The notes beneath the pieces were generated by a model. The model saw only the letters and a program-made list of their open reading frames with translations. It had not been told where the DNA came from and did no database searches. The translations under genes were made by a program, and so were the position numbers. Of a stretch of 64,000 nucleotides of DNA, positions 35,099 through 44,976 are shown one piece after another. This DNA is from an uncultured bacterium. GTDB taxonomy: Bacteria; Krumholzibacteriota; Krumholzibacteriia; Krumholzibacteriales; Krumholzibacteriaceae. The stretch spans positions 1 through 64,000 of the forward strand of contig CAWBAN010000002.1 of assembly GCA_963786935.1 (NCBI GenBank). Reading direction: 5' to 3'. The stretch's first letter is position 1, and each line of letters begins with the position of its first letter.

Positions 35099-36655
35099 TC
35101 ACTCCTTCGGCATCAGCTGCTCGATCATCTTCGCGTCGACCCAGCGGTCTCCGCCGATCATGATGTAATCACCGGCCGGCGCGAAATTGAACGGCCGGTT
35201 TTTTATCCGGTCCGCCAGGCTCGTCGCCGGCGTCCACGAACCGTCCTTGTTTTTGAACGACACGCAGGGGCCCGGCGGAGCTCCGCTCAGGAAGAGGAGG
35301 TAGTCGCCGTCCGGCGATATCATCGGCGAATTCTCCACCTTGTCGGTGTTCACGGCGCTCCCGAGCTTCTCCGGAGCCGCATATTTCCCGTTCGCGAGAC
35401 GCGAGCACCAGATGTCTCCGTCCGTCGCGTAGTAGTAGTTGCCGTCGCGGTCGAACGAAAACGTGAGAAAGGTGACCTGCGGCCCGGCGGGTATCGGCAG
35501 CTCCTCGCAGAAGATCGGCTCGCTCCATCCGTCCTTCGTTCTTTCCAGATACCAGGTGCGCTTCTCGTTCTGCGGAGGCGCGACGCCGGCGACCGGCCGT
35601 TCCGAAAGAAAATAGAGCCGCTTCCCGTCATGCGAGAAGAAGGGATGGTCGTCCCTGAAGTCCTTCTCCGAGAACGCAGCCTTCCGCGGATAGGTCCAGT
35701 ATCCGTTCTCGATCCTCGTCGTCATGATGTAGCCGAACGAATATCCCCCGCCGCGCGGATCGATCATCGGATTCCAGAATATCTCGTCCCCCTTCGGAGA
35801 GACCGCGACCGTCGAGTGCGGCCGGTAGCGGTGCGAAACGATGCCCGGGGCGAACTCCTCCGGCGTGAGTCCCGGCCGCGGCCTGCCGAGATACTTCCCC
35901 TCGATCTTCGGGAACGCCGGGGGAGCCGTATCGGCGCCTGCCGACGCGAGGCAGCTCATCAATTCGGGATCGTCCCGCTCCTGCGCGACGTTGTACGGGG
36001 TTTGGCCGAGCATGTTTCTCGCGTCGATATCGGCGCCGCGCGCGAGCAGGAAGGAGACGATCTCCCGGTGCCCCTGCTCGGCGGCGATATGGAGCGGAAC
36101 CCACCCGAATTCATCCTTCTTGTTCACGTCGAAGCCCCTGCCGGCCAGGGATTCGACGATTCGCGGCGAGCCGCCGCCGGCCGCCGAATGGAGCAGCGTG
36201 CCCGCGGTATCCACCGACGCGCCGCGCGCGAGCAGGGCGTCGAAGAGCCGCTCGAGCCCGCCACTTGCCGCGTCGTTCAGGATCTGCGCGCCCTCGCGGC
36301 CGCCGACGGGAAGCTCGGCCCCGGCGTCGAGCAGAGCTTCCACCGCATCCTTGTTCGGCCGCCACGCGGCGAGCATGATCGGCGTCCATCCGGAATTGTC
36401 GACCGCGTTCACGTCCGCGCCGAGGCTCACGAGCAGCCGCATCGTCGCGCCGTCGCCGCCGTCCCTCGCGGTCGCGCAGAGGGGCGTTCTGCCCCACGTG
36501 TTCCGCTTGTTCAGCAGCCCGGCGTCCGCGCGGATCATGGCCCTGACCGCGGCGGTGTCGCCGCTCGTCGCGGCCCGGTGAATATCCTGCGCCCGAAGCG
36601 GCGCCGAGAGAAGAATCGCGCCGAAAGCGCCCAGAATCATTATCCGTGCCCTCAT
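35099..36655 (-). CDS. Secreted ankyrin-repeat + PD40 beta-propeller protein
   Basis: Ankyrin repeats, then YLG..PGLTPEEFAPGIVS, PFFSHDGKRLYF, PMISPDGDYLLF. Confidence 0.85.
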   Translation of the reverse strand: MRARIMILGAFGAILLSAPLRAQDIHRAATSGDTAAVRAMIRADAGLLNKRNTWGRTPLCATARDGGDGATMRLLVSLGADVNAVDNSGWTPIMLAAWRPNKDAVEALLDAGAELPVGGREGAQILNDAASGGLERLFDALLARGASVDTAGTLLHSAAGGGSPRIVESLAGRGFDVNKKDEFGWVPLHIAAEQGHREIVSFLLARGADIDARNMLGQTPYNVAQERDDPELMSCLASAGADTAPPAFPKIEGKYLGRPRPGLTPEEFAPGIVSHRYRPHSTVAVSPKGDEIFWNPMIDPRGGGYSFGYIMTTRIENGYWTYPRKAAFSEKDFRDDHPFFSHDGKRLYFLSERPVAGVAPPQNEKRTWYLERTKDGWSEPIFCEELPIPAGPQVTFLTFSFDRDGNYYYATDGDIWCSRLANGKYAAPEKLGSAVNTDKVENSPMISPDGDYLLFLSGAPPGPCVSFKNKDGSWTPATSLADRIKNRPFNFAPAGDYIMIGGDRWVDAKMIEQLMPKE

Positions 36656-36692
36656 GACGATTTTGCCCCCTTGGTTCGCGATCGCCGACCGT

Positions 36693-38972
36693 TTATATCC
36701 GGAAGAGATACTGCAGCTTCATGAAGAACTGCCGGCCGGTGAGGTCGCTCCCGTCGCGTCCGTCCATCTCGTAATCGTAGACGCGGTAGTCGTGCGTCGA
36801 GCCGAAATAGAACAGCGTCAGCGAGTTGATCTGGTACGTGAGGAGCGGATCGACGTCCCACGTGCGATAGCGGTCGTTGTACTGCGACACGAGACGCAGC
36901 GAGAACTCGCGCGTCATCTGGAGCGACAGGCGCGACCAGAAGACCGATTGGTCGAACAGGCGCTCGCCGGTGTTCAGGTCGTCGCTCTGGGTGTAGTTCA
37001 TCGAGAGGGCCAGCGTCAGGCGATCGATCGGCCGTATGGTCGCCGAGACGCCGTAGTCGAGCTGCTTCCCCATGACGAGCTGATAGCGGGCGATGCGGTG
37101 GCCGTAGTTGACGTTCGCGTTGAGCTTGAGCTCGTTCCACGGCTGGGTGCTGATGCAGTTGTGCACGCTCCAGATGCCGTTGAACTGCTTGCCGTGGAAG
37201 TTTTCGTTGCTCGCCATATAGTTTGCGTGCATCCCCGTCTGGGCCGCGCGGAACTGCAGCATGAGGTTCGGGCTGACCCATTCGTCCTTCCGCACGCCGT
37301 CGAAGTTCCACTTTCGCGCGACCTCTACTTCGCCCTGGATGTACTCCATGAACTTGCTGTCGTCGAATCTGATGATGCCGTTCACGTCCGCCGAGCCCGT
37401 GCGCTGGTTGTTCTGCGGCTCGAAGCCGTTGTCGGCCCGGAAGGTCGGGCTCAATTCGTTGTAATGGAGGGCGACACCGTAGTTGCTCGTGTTGCGGCTC
37501 ACCCCGGCGGCGAAGGCGTGCCCCCAGTAGCTCTCGCCGTCGAGCCCGGCCGTGTACTTGTCGTCGGCGAACGTGCTCGCGTTGAACGAGCTGTCCGGGA
37601 CGAGGGCGAGGTTGTCGACCTCCTCGGTCTGCGAGGCCATGGCCTGCACCCGGAACGAATTGCTCGCCGAGAGGCGCACCTGCGTGTCGACGCTCAGGAG
37701 CGATCCCATGCCTCCCCCGTCGAAGATCCGATTGGTCGCGATGAGCCCTACGTGCGACTGGTTCCCGAAATCGTGCCGCACCCTGAGGAGGTTCGAGAAG
37801 CTCTCTCCGTTCTCGACGAACTCGCTCGACTCCTCGAAGGGGAGAATGATCACCGAGTGCTGGTCCTGCGCCGAGAGGAGCGCCATGCTCGTGGCGCCGT
37901 TTCGCCAGGTGAGCTTGCCGGCGCCGTTCGGGTCGTTGATCGACCTCGTGTAGACCGCGTTGAAGTACGAGTTGAACAGATCGCTCCCTTCCTGGAAGAA
38001 GGGGCGTTTCTCGGGGTAGAACAGGGCGAAGGTCGAGTTCACGTCGATCTGCGCCACGTCCGTCTCGACCTGGCTGAAATCGGGATTGATCGTCGCCTCG
38101 GCGCTCATCTCGGAGTTGATGTCGTAGGTGATCCCGAGCCCGATCTCCCCCTTCGCCGGATCGTTGACGAAGCTCCCGTCATCGGCGAGATAGCCCGATT
38201 CGTGCGCGACGGCCGCCGGCAGGAGCTCGAAGCCTTTCCCGGCTTTGATGCCCGAGATGCCCGTCATACTTCCCCACTGGCAGGGCCAGCAGTCCTCGTC
38301 GCGGTTGTAGGCGGCCCACGAATACTGGAAGCGCGATTCGCGCGGCCGGTTGCGCCAGAAATCGACGCGCCACGTCTGGTCAGGGCTGTCGGGGAAGCGC
38401 AGGCTCGCAAACGGGACCGCCATCTCCGCCACCCATCCCTTGTCCGTGATCCGGCCGGCCGACTGGAAGATCATGTCGTAGCCGCCGTCCTCCCCGTACG
38501 CCGTGGAGAAGAGCAGGTCCCCCGGCACGCCGTACGGATTCGCGGCGATCTCGTACGCGTGCGTCGCCTCGCCGTAGGTGTCGAGGCACAGGATCACGTA
38601 GTCGCCGGAGAACATCTCGTCCCGCTCGGTGAACGACGCCCGCACCGCGGCGGGATCGTCGTAGCAGAGCCACGCGACGTAGAGATACTCGTCGTCGTAC
38701 GTGATGAGCACCTCCGTGTCGACCTCGGGCTTCGTCTGGTTTCCCGGATTGTGCTCCGCGAAGTTCGCCGCCTTCGCGGCGCCGCTCCAGCCGGCGTCGC
38801 TCAGGTCGCCGTCGACCTTGATCGGCCCGACCGCCCGCGAGATCGAGAGCTCGGGGCGGTAAATCGGCGTGAACGAGTCCGCCTGCGCCGCCGCGGAGGC
38901 CGCGAGAAAGGCGCAGGCCGCGAAAACGATACGGATCGTTTTGAACACTCGATGGGGGTGATTGACGTGCAT
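36693..38972 (-). CDS. Carbohydrate-binding family 9-like / DUF5916 protein (paralogue)
   Basis: Full-length collinear similarity to 28063..30348. Confidence 0.85.
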   Translation of the reverse strand: MHVNHPHRVFKTIRIVFAACAFLAASAAAQADSFTPIYRPELSISRAVGPIKVDGDLSDAGWSGAAKAANFAEHNPGNQTKPEVDTEVLITYDDEYLYVAWLCYDDPAAVRASFTERDEMFSGDYVILCLDTYGEATHAYEIAANPYGVPGDLLFSTAYGEDGGYDMIFQSAGRITDKGWVAEMAVPFASLRFPDSPDQTWRVDFWRNRPRESRFQYSWAAYNRDEDCWPCQWGSMTGISGIKAGKGFELLPAAVAHESGYLADDGSFVNDPAKGEIGLGITYDINSEMSAEATINPDFSQVETDVAQIDVNSTFALFYPEKRPFFQEGSDLFNSYFNAVYTRSINDPNGAGKLTWRNGATSMALLSAQDQHSVIILPFEESSEFVENGESFSNLLRVRHDFGNQSHVGLIATNRIFDGGGMGSLLSVDTQVRLSASNSFRVQAMASQTEEVDNLALVPDSSFNASTFADDKYTAGLDGESYWGHAFAAGVSRNTSNYGVALHYNELSPTFRADNGFEPQNNQRTGSADVNGIIRFDDSKFMEYIQGEVEVARKWNFDGVRKDEWVSPNLMLQFRAAQTGMHANYMASNENFHGKQFNGIWSVHNCISTQPWNELKLNANVNYGHRIARYQLVMGKQLDYGVSATIRPIDRLTLALSMNYTQSDDLNTGERLFDQSVFWSRLSLQMTREFSLRLVSQYNDRYRTWDVDPLLTYQINSLTLFYFGSTHDYRVYDYEMDGRDGSDLTGRQFFMKLQYLFRI

Positions 38973-39040
38973 CGCAGGCTTCCTTGAATTCCGGGTTCCC
39001 TATTCCGTGCGTCGACGGCGCGCCTTCGCGCGCGACTATA

Positions 39041-39070
39041 CCTTATACGATTCGGGGCGGCATAGGTTCC
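39041..39070 (-). promoter_or_regulatory. ECF-sigma promoter of the DUF5916 gene 2 operon
   Basis: GGAACC-N15-CGTATAAGG. Confidence 0.7.
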
Positions 39071-39123
39071 ATCCCGTGCCGCCCCGTTTTCCTGCATCCC
39101 CGCCGCCCCTCGTCACCGCCCTA

Positions 39124-40848
39124 TTAGTCCTTGTCCGCGTCCGTGTCCTTGTCCTCGTAGACCTTCGCGAGGCTGCTTTTCTCGTCGATCTTGGCGAGCA
39201 TCTTCTTCCCGTTCTCGTTGTCGGGATTGAGCGCGAGCGACTTTTCATAAAGCTTGCGGGCCTTGTCGGTCTTGCCCGCCGCCAGCATCGCCTCCCCGAG
39301 GCTGTCGTAGACGTTCCACGCGTCGGGGTAGAGGTGGGTGTTCAGCTTGAAGACCGAGACCGCCTTATTGATCTCCCCGCCGTGCAGGTAGAGATAGCCG
39401 AGCGTGTTGATCTCGCTTTCCTTGAAGTAGTACTTGTCGCTCTCCGGGCTCTTCTTTTCGGCCAGCACCTGCGCCTGATGCTCGCCGGCTTCGAGACCTT
39501 TCTTCTCGATGATATCGTGGATGAGCACCGCGGCGGAGTTCTCGTTCTCGGATATCTTCTCCCACGAGAGCTTCGTCTTCTCCTCCGCGCTCAGCGTCGA
39601 CATCTGCTTCTTGAGCTCCTGCTCCTTGAGGAACTTCTCCCGCTCCTCGGCGCTCATGCCCTCCATTTTCTTCTGGAGTTGCATCTCCTTTTCCTTGGTC
39701 GTCATCTCCTGCTTCTTGAGCTCGGCCTCTTTCTTCTCCTTGTCGCACTTCTCCTGGGCCTGCGCCTGCGTGCGCCACACTCCCGACAACGAGAGGGGCA
39801 GCACGATCGCGGCCACGACGAGGCACGACACGACGCCGGCGCGGCGTCGTCCCCTGTTTCTATCGATCTTCGGATCGAGAATGCACATGATCCGCTCCTT
39901 CAGATTCGAGCCCTGGGAAATTGTCGACAGCTGCCAGGCCGGCCCGCGGGGCGTGCCGAGATCCGCCGCGATGTCCATGAGGAACAACGCGTAGTCGGAG
40001 GGACGGGCGCCGGCGTTGAGCACCGCGTCGTCACAATCGCGCTCCCGTTCGATCCTCGCCGCTTTCACCGCCAGCCAGACGAATGGATTGAACCAGTACA
40101 CGCTCTTGACGACGATCGCGAGCACCTCGACGAGACCGTCCCGCCGCTTGATGTGGGCAAGCTCGTGGGACAGTATGTAACGGCGCTTCGCGGCGGGCCA
40201 CCCCGCCGAACCGGCCGGGACAACTATCGCCGGATTGATCGCTCCCACCGTTACCGCGGCTCCGATTTCACACGACTCGAAAAGACGTACCCGGCGCCTC
40301 AGGCCGAGCCGGGCGGCCGTCTCCGCGAGGAGATCCGCCCACGCCTCGTCAGCCGAGGCGCACCGCCGGATGATTCTGCGTCCGAGCGCGGTGCGCACGG
40401 CGAGCCAGCACAGCGCGAGAACCGCGCCCGCAAGCCACGCGAGAATCGCCCATGCCTGCCACCCCCCCATGAGATCCGCCCCTCCCACCGCCGATACGGT
40501 CCGGCCCTGCGCCGCGAGCGCGCGCTCGTTCGGTGCGTCGATCGGCTTATCGCCGGGAACGACGAGCGCAGCGCTTCCGACACCGCGTCCGAACCAGGTG
40601 CTTACCTCGGGAATGACCGGAAGATTCCAGACGGGCGAAACGAAGCGGCCGAGCGGCAGCGCGAGCAGAATGACGAGCGTGAACACCCAGACCATGCTTC
40701 TCGCGTTCGCCGAGGCCCGGCGCATCGAAAGCGTCGCCAGCATCGCGACGGCGCAAACGATCGCCGCCTTGATCGAGATGTCGATCACGAAGCCGAGAAC
40801 TCCGGCCCAGGGCATCCCCGCAAGCAGACCGCTCAGACCTGCGTTCAT
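39124..40848 (-). CDS. BlaR1/M56 peptidase with periplasmic coiled-coil and TPR domain
   Basis: HELAHIKRRD, YWFNPFVW, ERERDCDD, LKERI; C-terminal NTLGY..YDSLGEA. Confidence 0.9.
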   Translation of the reverse strand: MNAGLSGLLAGMPWAGVLGFVIDISIKAAIVCAVAMLATLSMRRASANARSMVWVFTLVILLALPLGRFVSPVWNLPVIPEVSTWFGRGVGSAALVVPGDKPIDAPNERALAAQGRTVSAVGGADLMGGWQAWAILAWLAGAVLALCWLAVRTALGRRIIRRCASADEAWADLLAETAARLGLRRRVRLFESCEIGAAVTVGAINPAIVVPAGSAGWPAAKRRYILSHELAHIKRRDGLVEVLAIVVKSVYWFNPFVWLAVKAARIERERDCDDAVLNAGARPSDYALFLMDIAADLGTPRGPAWQLSTISQGSNLKERIMCILDPKIDRNRGRRRAGVVSCLVVAAIVLPLSLSGVWRTQAQAQEKCDKEKKEAELKKQEMTTKEKEMQLQKKMEGMSAEEREKFLKEQELKKQMSTLSAEEKTKLSWEKISENENSAAVLIHDIIEKKGLEAGEHQAQVLAEKKSPESDKYYFKESEINTLGYLYLHGGEINKAVSVFKLNTHLYPDAWNVYDSLGEAMLAAGKTDKARKLYEKSLALNPDNENGKKMLAKIDEKSSLAKVYEDKDTDADKD

Positions 40849-40849
40849 T

Positions 40850-41251
40850 TTATCGCCCGCCCTTTCGCGATTCCTCGATGATCTCGAGGATCCGTTTGCG
40901 CTCCTCTTCCGTCAGATTCGCGTCAGCTTTCGTGAGAATGGAGATGACGGCCGCCGCTTCCGCGCCCTTGAAGAAGGTCTCAAGCACGCCGTCGAGCGCC
41001 GATTTTCTCGCGCTCGCGAGCGGAATGGTCGGGAAGTAGATATACTTGCCCTTTTCCGTTTCGTGCCGCAGATATCCCTTTTCCTCGAGAACGTTGAGCA
41101 TCGTGCGAACCGTCGCGTTCGCGGGCCTGCCCGGCAGGTCGGCCATGACCTCCGTCGCAGTAGCCCTCCCTAGCTGGTATACAATCTCCATGATCTGACG
41201 TTCCCTGCGAGTGAGCTCCTTGAGATCCGTCTTTTCCATGCCGTTTTCCAC
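40850..41251 (-). CDS. BlaI/MecI/CopY family transcriptional repressor
   Basis: LTRRERQIMEIVY, ATVRTMLNVLEEKG, TFFKG; GGAGG before GTG 41251. Confidence 0.92.
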   Translation of the reverse strand: MENGMEKTDLKELTRRERQIMEIVYQLGRATATEVMADLPGRPANATVRTMLNVLEEKGYLRHETEKGKYIYFPTIPLASARKSALDGVLETFFKGAEAAAVISILTKADANLTEEERKRILEIIEESRKGGR

Positions 41252-41343
41252 GGTAACCTCCTGCAAAAACCTGCCGCCGGCGGACTGCTGCCACGACCGA
41301 CGCAACGCATTACCCTAAAACAAGTAACACGGTTGCGGCGAGC

Positions 41344-41399
41344 TTAACATGTTAAACGAATCGCATGTTAAATATTTAACATCTTCGGGGCTTTGTCAA
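41344..41399 (-). promoter_or_regulatory. blaI promoter with two palindromic operators
   Basis: ttaacatgttaa (41344-41355) and atgttaaatatttaacat (41365-41382); minus-strand TTGACA at 41394-41399. Confidence 0.7.
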
Positions 41400-41513
41400 G
41401 GGTGAAAATGAAAATATTTTGGGCACGCGCGGGCGGGGCCTCGAAGCACCGGCCGAGCGCGCCGCCCTGGCGGCGGCCTGCAGCCCCCTCGCGCTCCGAG
41501 ACGGCGCCCCGCC

Positions 41514-41541
41514 GGAACAAACCTCCCCCCGCCGTGTATTA
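41514..41541 (+). promoter_or_regulatory. Putative ECF-sigma promoter
   Basis: GGAACA-N15-TGTATTA. Confidence 0.5.
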
Positions 41542-41584
41542 CCGCTATCATGGAACAACGAAACCCCTTTGAACGGAGGTTCGT

Positions 41585-42790
41585 ATGAACAGGCTGCTCT
41601 CCCGGTCGCTCGCCCTCCCGGCGGCGCTCCTCGCGCTCCTCGCCGTTTCTCTGGCCGCCCCCGCCGCCATGGCTCAATCCGCGGGGACCGACATCGTCCT
41701 GGCCAAATCGATCCCTCTCGAATCGAAGATCCTCAAGCGGCCGGTCACCATCCTCGTCTGGACGCCGCCCGGCTACGCCCAGAGCTCGCGGAGCTATCCG
41801 GTGCTCTACGATCTGAACACGTTCTTCTGTTTCACCTACGACTGCGGAACGGTCGAAATGCTCGCGCGCACCCTCGACATGCCGAGCATGATCGTCGTCG
41901 GCGTGCCGCAGCTCAACATGGGCTACGTCCCGACGCCGTACGAGGAGCGGGGCGACACGCTCGCCGGCGCCGACCTCTCGATCGCGTTCCTCAAGGAGGA
42001 GGTTATTCCCCTCATCGAGCGGACCTACCGGACGAACGCCCTGCGGCTCCTCTACGGCCATTCGGTCGCCGGGCTCTTCACGATGTACGCGATGTTCAAC
42101 TACCCGGATCTCTTCGCCGGCTATCTCGCGGGGAGCCCGTGGTTCCAGAACAACGACCAGTACTGGCTCAAGAACATCGAGCGGATGGCGAAGGAGCGGA
42201 ACCTCAAGGACAAATATCTCTTCATGACGCTCGGCAAGGGGGAGCAGAAGATCACCCTCGACACCTTCGCCGGGCTCGATGCATGGATGAAGGCGCAGCC
42301 CCTTCCCGGATTGAAATGGAAGGGCGCCGCGGTCGAGGGGGATCACGGCAACATGGTCGGCAGAACGATCTACGACGGCCTCCTCTTCATCTTCGACGGG
42401 TGGAAGATCCCGAATGATGTCATCATGGCCGCCGATATGGACGCGGTCGACGCGCGCGTTCGGAAGGCCGAAGCCCAATGGGGATCCTTCGGACTCGACG
42501 CATCGGCCATCCTCCCCGAAGCCAACATCAACTCCCTCGGATACACCCTCCTTCAACGCAAGGAGTACGATAAGGCCCTCAGGGCGTTTCAATACTGCAT
42601 ACGCCGGTTCCCGAAATCCTATAACGCGCACGACAGCCTCGCCGAGGCGTACCTGACGACGGGGGACAAGGCGAACGCGATCAAATACTACAAGCTCGCC
42701 GTCGAGCTCAATCCGGGCGCGACCGACTTCGAGAAGAGCGTGCTCAAGAACTCGCACGATAAGCTCCGCGAGCTCGGAGCCGAAAAATAA
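41585..42790 (+). CDS. Secreted alpha/beta-hydrolase esterase with TPR domain
   Basis: YPVLYDL, GHSVAG nucleophile motif, GSP, DHG; TPR tail. Confidence 0.88.
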   Translation: MNRLLSRSLALPAALLALLAVSLAAPAAMAQSAGTDIVLAKSIPLESKILKRPVTILVWTPPGYAQSSRSYPVLYDLNTFFCFTYDCGTVEMLARTLDMPSMIVVGVPQLNMGYVPTPYEERGDTLAGADLSIAFLKEEVIPLIERTYRTNALRLLYGHSVAGLFTMYAMFNYPDLFAGYLAGSPWFQNNDQYWLKNIERMAKERNLKDKYLFMTLGKGEQKITLDTFAGLDAWMKAQPLPGLKWKGAAVEGDHGNMVGRTIYDGLLFIFDGWKIPNDVIMAADMDAVDARVRKAEAQWGSFGLDASAILPEANINSLGYTLLQRKEYDKALRAFQYCIRRFPKSYNAHDSLAEAYLTTGDKANAIKYYKLAVELNPGATDFEKSVLKNSHDKLRELGAEK

Positions 42791-43054
42791 TCCGCGCGCG
42801 ACCCGGCGGAACGTTTCGTTGACACGCCGCGCCGGCGAGAGCGGCGCGGCGTTCCTATTGCAATATTCTCGGGCCGCCCCCCCCACGCGGCATCATTCGA
42901 TTACCATCGTCAACGATCGTTGACGCCGCCCGCCCCGGCATATTACAATATTATATTATAGTAAAGACCGCATTCTTGACACGTTTCGCTCGCGCTTGAT
43001 ATTCTCGCTCGCGGGATTCAATTTCAATGGATACCTCTTCGACGGGAGGCGCGA

Positions 43055-43495
43055 ATGATCGACTTCACGGCATTTCTCTTCGTGGCGGCCGCGTCCGGCT
43101 CCTTCGGCTACCACCTCGCGCACGATCCGATCAAGCATCCCCCGAAAGGAGCGTTCCTCTATCGGGGGTTCGACGACGCGGGCGCGCTCGTTATCCAGGG
43201 CTGGCTCGTCATCAACGAGGATGAAGCGGGGCGCGTCGACGGCGAATGGTGCCTCGATCAAATCGGTTCTCCGGAGAATATCGGGCCGCAGATCGGCCTC
43301 GGCAGCTTACGGGGCAAACGCGAAGGGGCGATGCTTTCGCTGAATCTGAATCCGTTCTACCCCGATTTCAACGTGTCGCTCAGCGGCTCGTTCAACACGG
43401 TCTCGTTCAAGGGGACGTGGCGCTACAACACGATCAGGGGAACCGCGGGCATGGGAACGTTCGAAGCGGTCCGGAGCGACGGCGACGCGCGCTAG
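43055..43495 (+). CDS. Hypothetical beta-rich protein
   Basis: GGGAGG RBS; promoter TTGACA(42976)..TATTCT(43000); no recognised family. Confidence 0.6.
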   Translation: MIDFTAFLFVAAASGSFGYHLAHDPIKHPPKGAFLYRGFDDAGALVIQGWLVINEDEAGRVDGEWCLDQIGSPENIGPQIGLGSLRGKREGAMLSLNLNPFYPDFNVSLSGSFNTVSFKGTWRYNTIRGTAGMGTFEAVRSDGDAR

Positions 43496-43508
43496 ACCCG
43501 CTTTTCCT

Positions 43509-43536
43509 GGAACTCCCCTCCATCGGATGCGTTATA
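43509..43536 (+). promoter_or_regulatory. Putative ECF-sigma promoter
   Basis: GGAACT-N15-CGTTATA. Confidence 0.55.
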
Positions 43537-43575
43537 CTGCCATCCGGTCTCTCTTCCGGGAAAGGAACACGCGTC

Positions 43576-44976
43576 ATGAGAAAACTATTCGCCGCCGCGC
43601 TCTTCGCGCTCATCCCCCTCTTCGGCATCGTCCTTCCCGCGTCCGCAAAGACGGATCTCCCCGGCACGCCCGCCGGCGCGCTCGTCGCCGGATACATCGA
43701 GGCGTTCAACAGCGACGATCCGGGCCGCCTGCGCGCCTTTCTCGAGGCCAACCTCTCGACGGGGGCGCTCGCCCAGCGCCCCGCGGCCGAACGGATGAAA
43801 TCCCTGCAGCGGATCAAGGGGGACGCCGGGACGCTCGAGCCGGCCAAGGTCGTCGAGGCGCGCGAGGACGCGATCACGATCTACGCGCAGGGCTCGAAGG
43901 GGCCGTGGCTCGAGATCAGCTTCGCGTTCGAGAAGGAAGCCGACGTCAAGATGGTCGGCGCGCGCTTCATGATGATGGACGAGCCCCCCGACCTGAACGA
44001 GCCCACCACGCCCCTGAACGAGGCGGAGCTGCTCGCGGCGATCGACGACCTCGTCGACGGGCTCGTCGAGAAGGACGAGTTCTCCGGCGTGGTGCTCGTC
44101 GCGCGGGGGGAAACGGCGATCTTCAAAAACGCCTACGGCCTCGCGAGCGTGGAATACGGCGCGCCCAACCGGATCGACACCCGCTTCAACCTCGGATCGA
44201 TCAACAAGATGATCACCCGCGTTGCGATCGAGCAGCTCGTCTCGAAGGGGGCGATCGGCTACGACGACACGATCGGGAAATTCCTCCCCGAATACCCGAA
44301 CGCCGCCGCCGCGAAGGTGACGGTCCGCCAGCTCCTCGACATGACCTCCGGCATCGGGGACTTCTTCGGCGAGAAGTACGCGGCGACTCCGAAGAACGCC
44401 ATTCGCGACCTCGCCGACTATCTGCCGCTCTTCGCGGCGGATCCGCTGCTCTTCGAGCCGGGCACGGACAGCAGATACTCGAACGGCGGCTACGTCGTGC
44501 TCGGGCTCATCGTCGAGAAGGCGAGCGGCACGAGCTACTTCGACTACGTGCGCCAAAACGTCTACGAGGTCGCCGGCATGAAGAACACGGGGCATCTCAT
44601 GGCGGACGTTCCCGAGAAGAACGTCGCGAGCGGCTATACGCGCAATTGGGACGACGGCGAGCACCCGGACGAGCCGCGGCGCAGCAACATCTACACGCGC
44701 CCCGCGCGCGGGAGCTCCGCCGGGGGCGGCTACTCGACGGCGGACGACCTGTTGAATTTCGTCCTCGCCCTCAAGGCGGACCGGCTCGGCGCGAGCGAGA
44801 CCGCGAAGATGTTCGCCGGGAACATGGCCTTCGCCGGAGGCGCCCCCGGGATCAGCGCCTACGTCGAAACGGTCGCGACGACCGGCAGCACGATCGTCGT
44901 TCTCTCGAACTACGATCCCCCGACGGCGGTGAAGACCGGGGAGAAGATCGGCCGACTCCTCAAGCGGCTGAAATAG
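43576..44976 (+). CDS. Serine hydrolase, beta-lactamase-related family
   Basis: FSGVVLV, GSINK (SxxK), YSN, AGGGYSTADDL; signal peptide. Confidence 0.9.
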   Translation: MRKLFAAALFALIPLFGIVLPASAKTDLPGTPAGALVAGYIEAFNSDDPGRLRAFLEANLSTGALAQRPAAERMKSLQRIKGDAGTLEPAKVVEAREDAITIYAQGSKGPWLEISFAFEKEADVKMVGARFMMMDEPPDLNEPTTPLNEAELLAAIDDLVDGLVEKDEFSGVVLVARGETAIFKNAYGLASVEYGAPNRIDTRFNLGSINKMITRVAIEQLVSKGAIGYDDTIGKFLPEYPNAAAAKVTVRQLLDMTSGIGDFFGEKYAATPKNAIRDLADYLPLFAADPLLFEPGTDSRYSNGGYVVLGLIVEKASGTSYFDYVRQNVYEVAGMKNTGHLMADVPEKNVASGYTRNWDDGEHPDEPRRSNIYTRPARGSSAGGGYSTADDLLNFVLALKADRLGASETAKMFAGNMAFAGGAPGISAYVETVATTGSTIVVLSNYDPPTAVKTGEKIGRLLKRLK

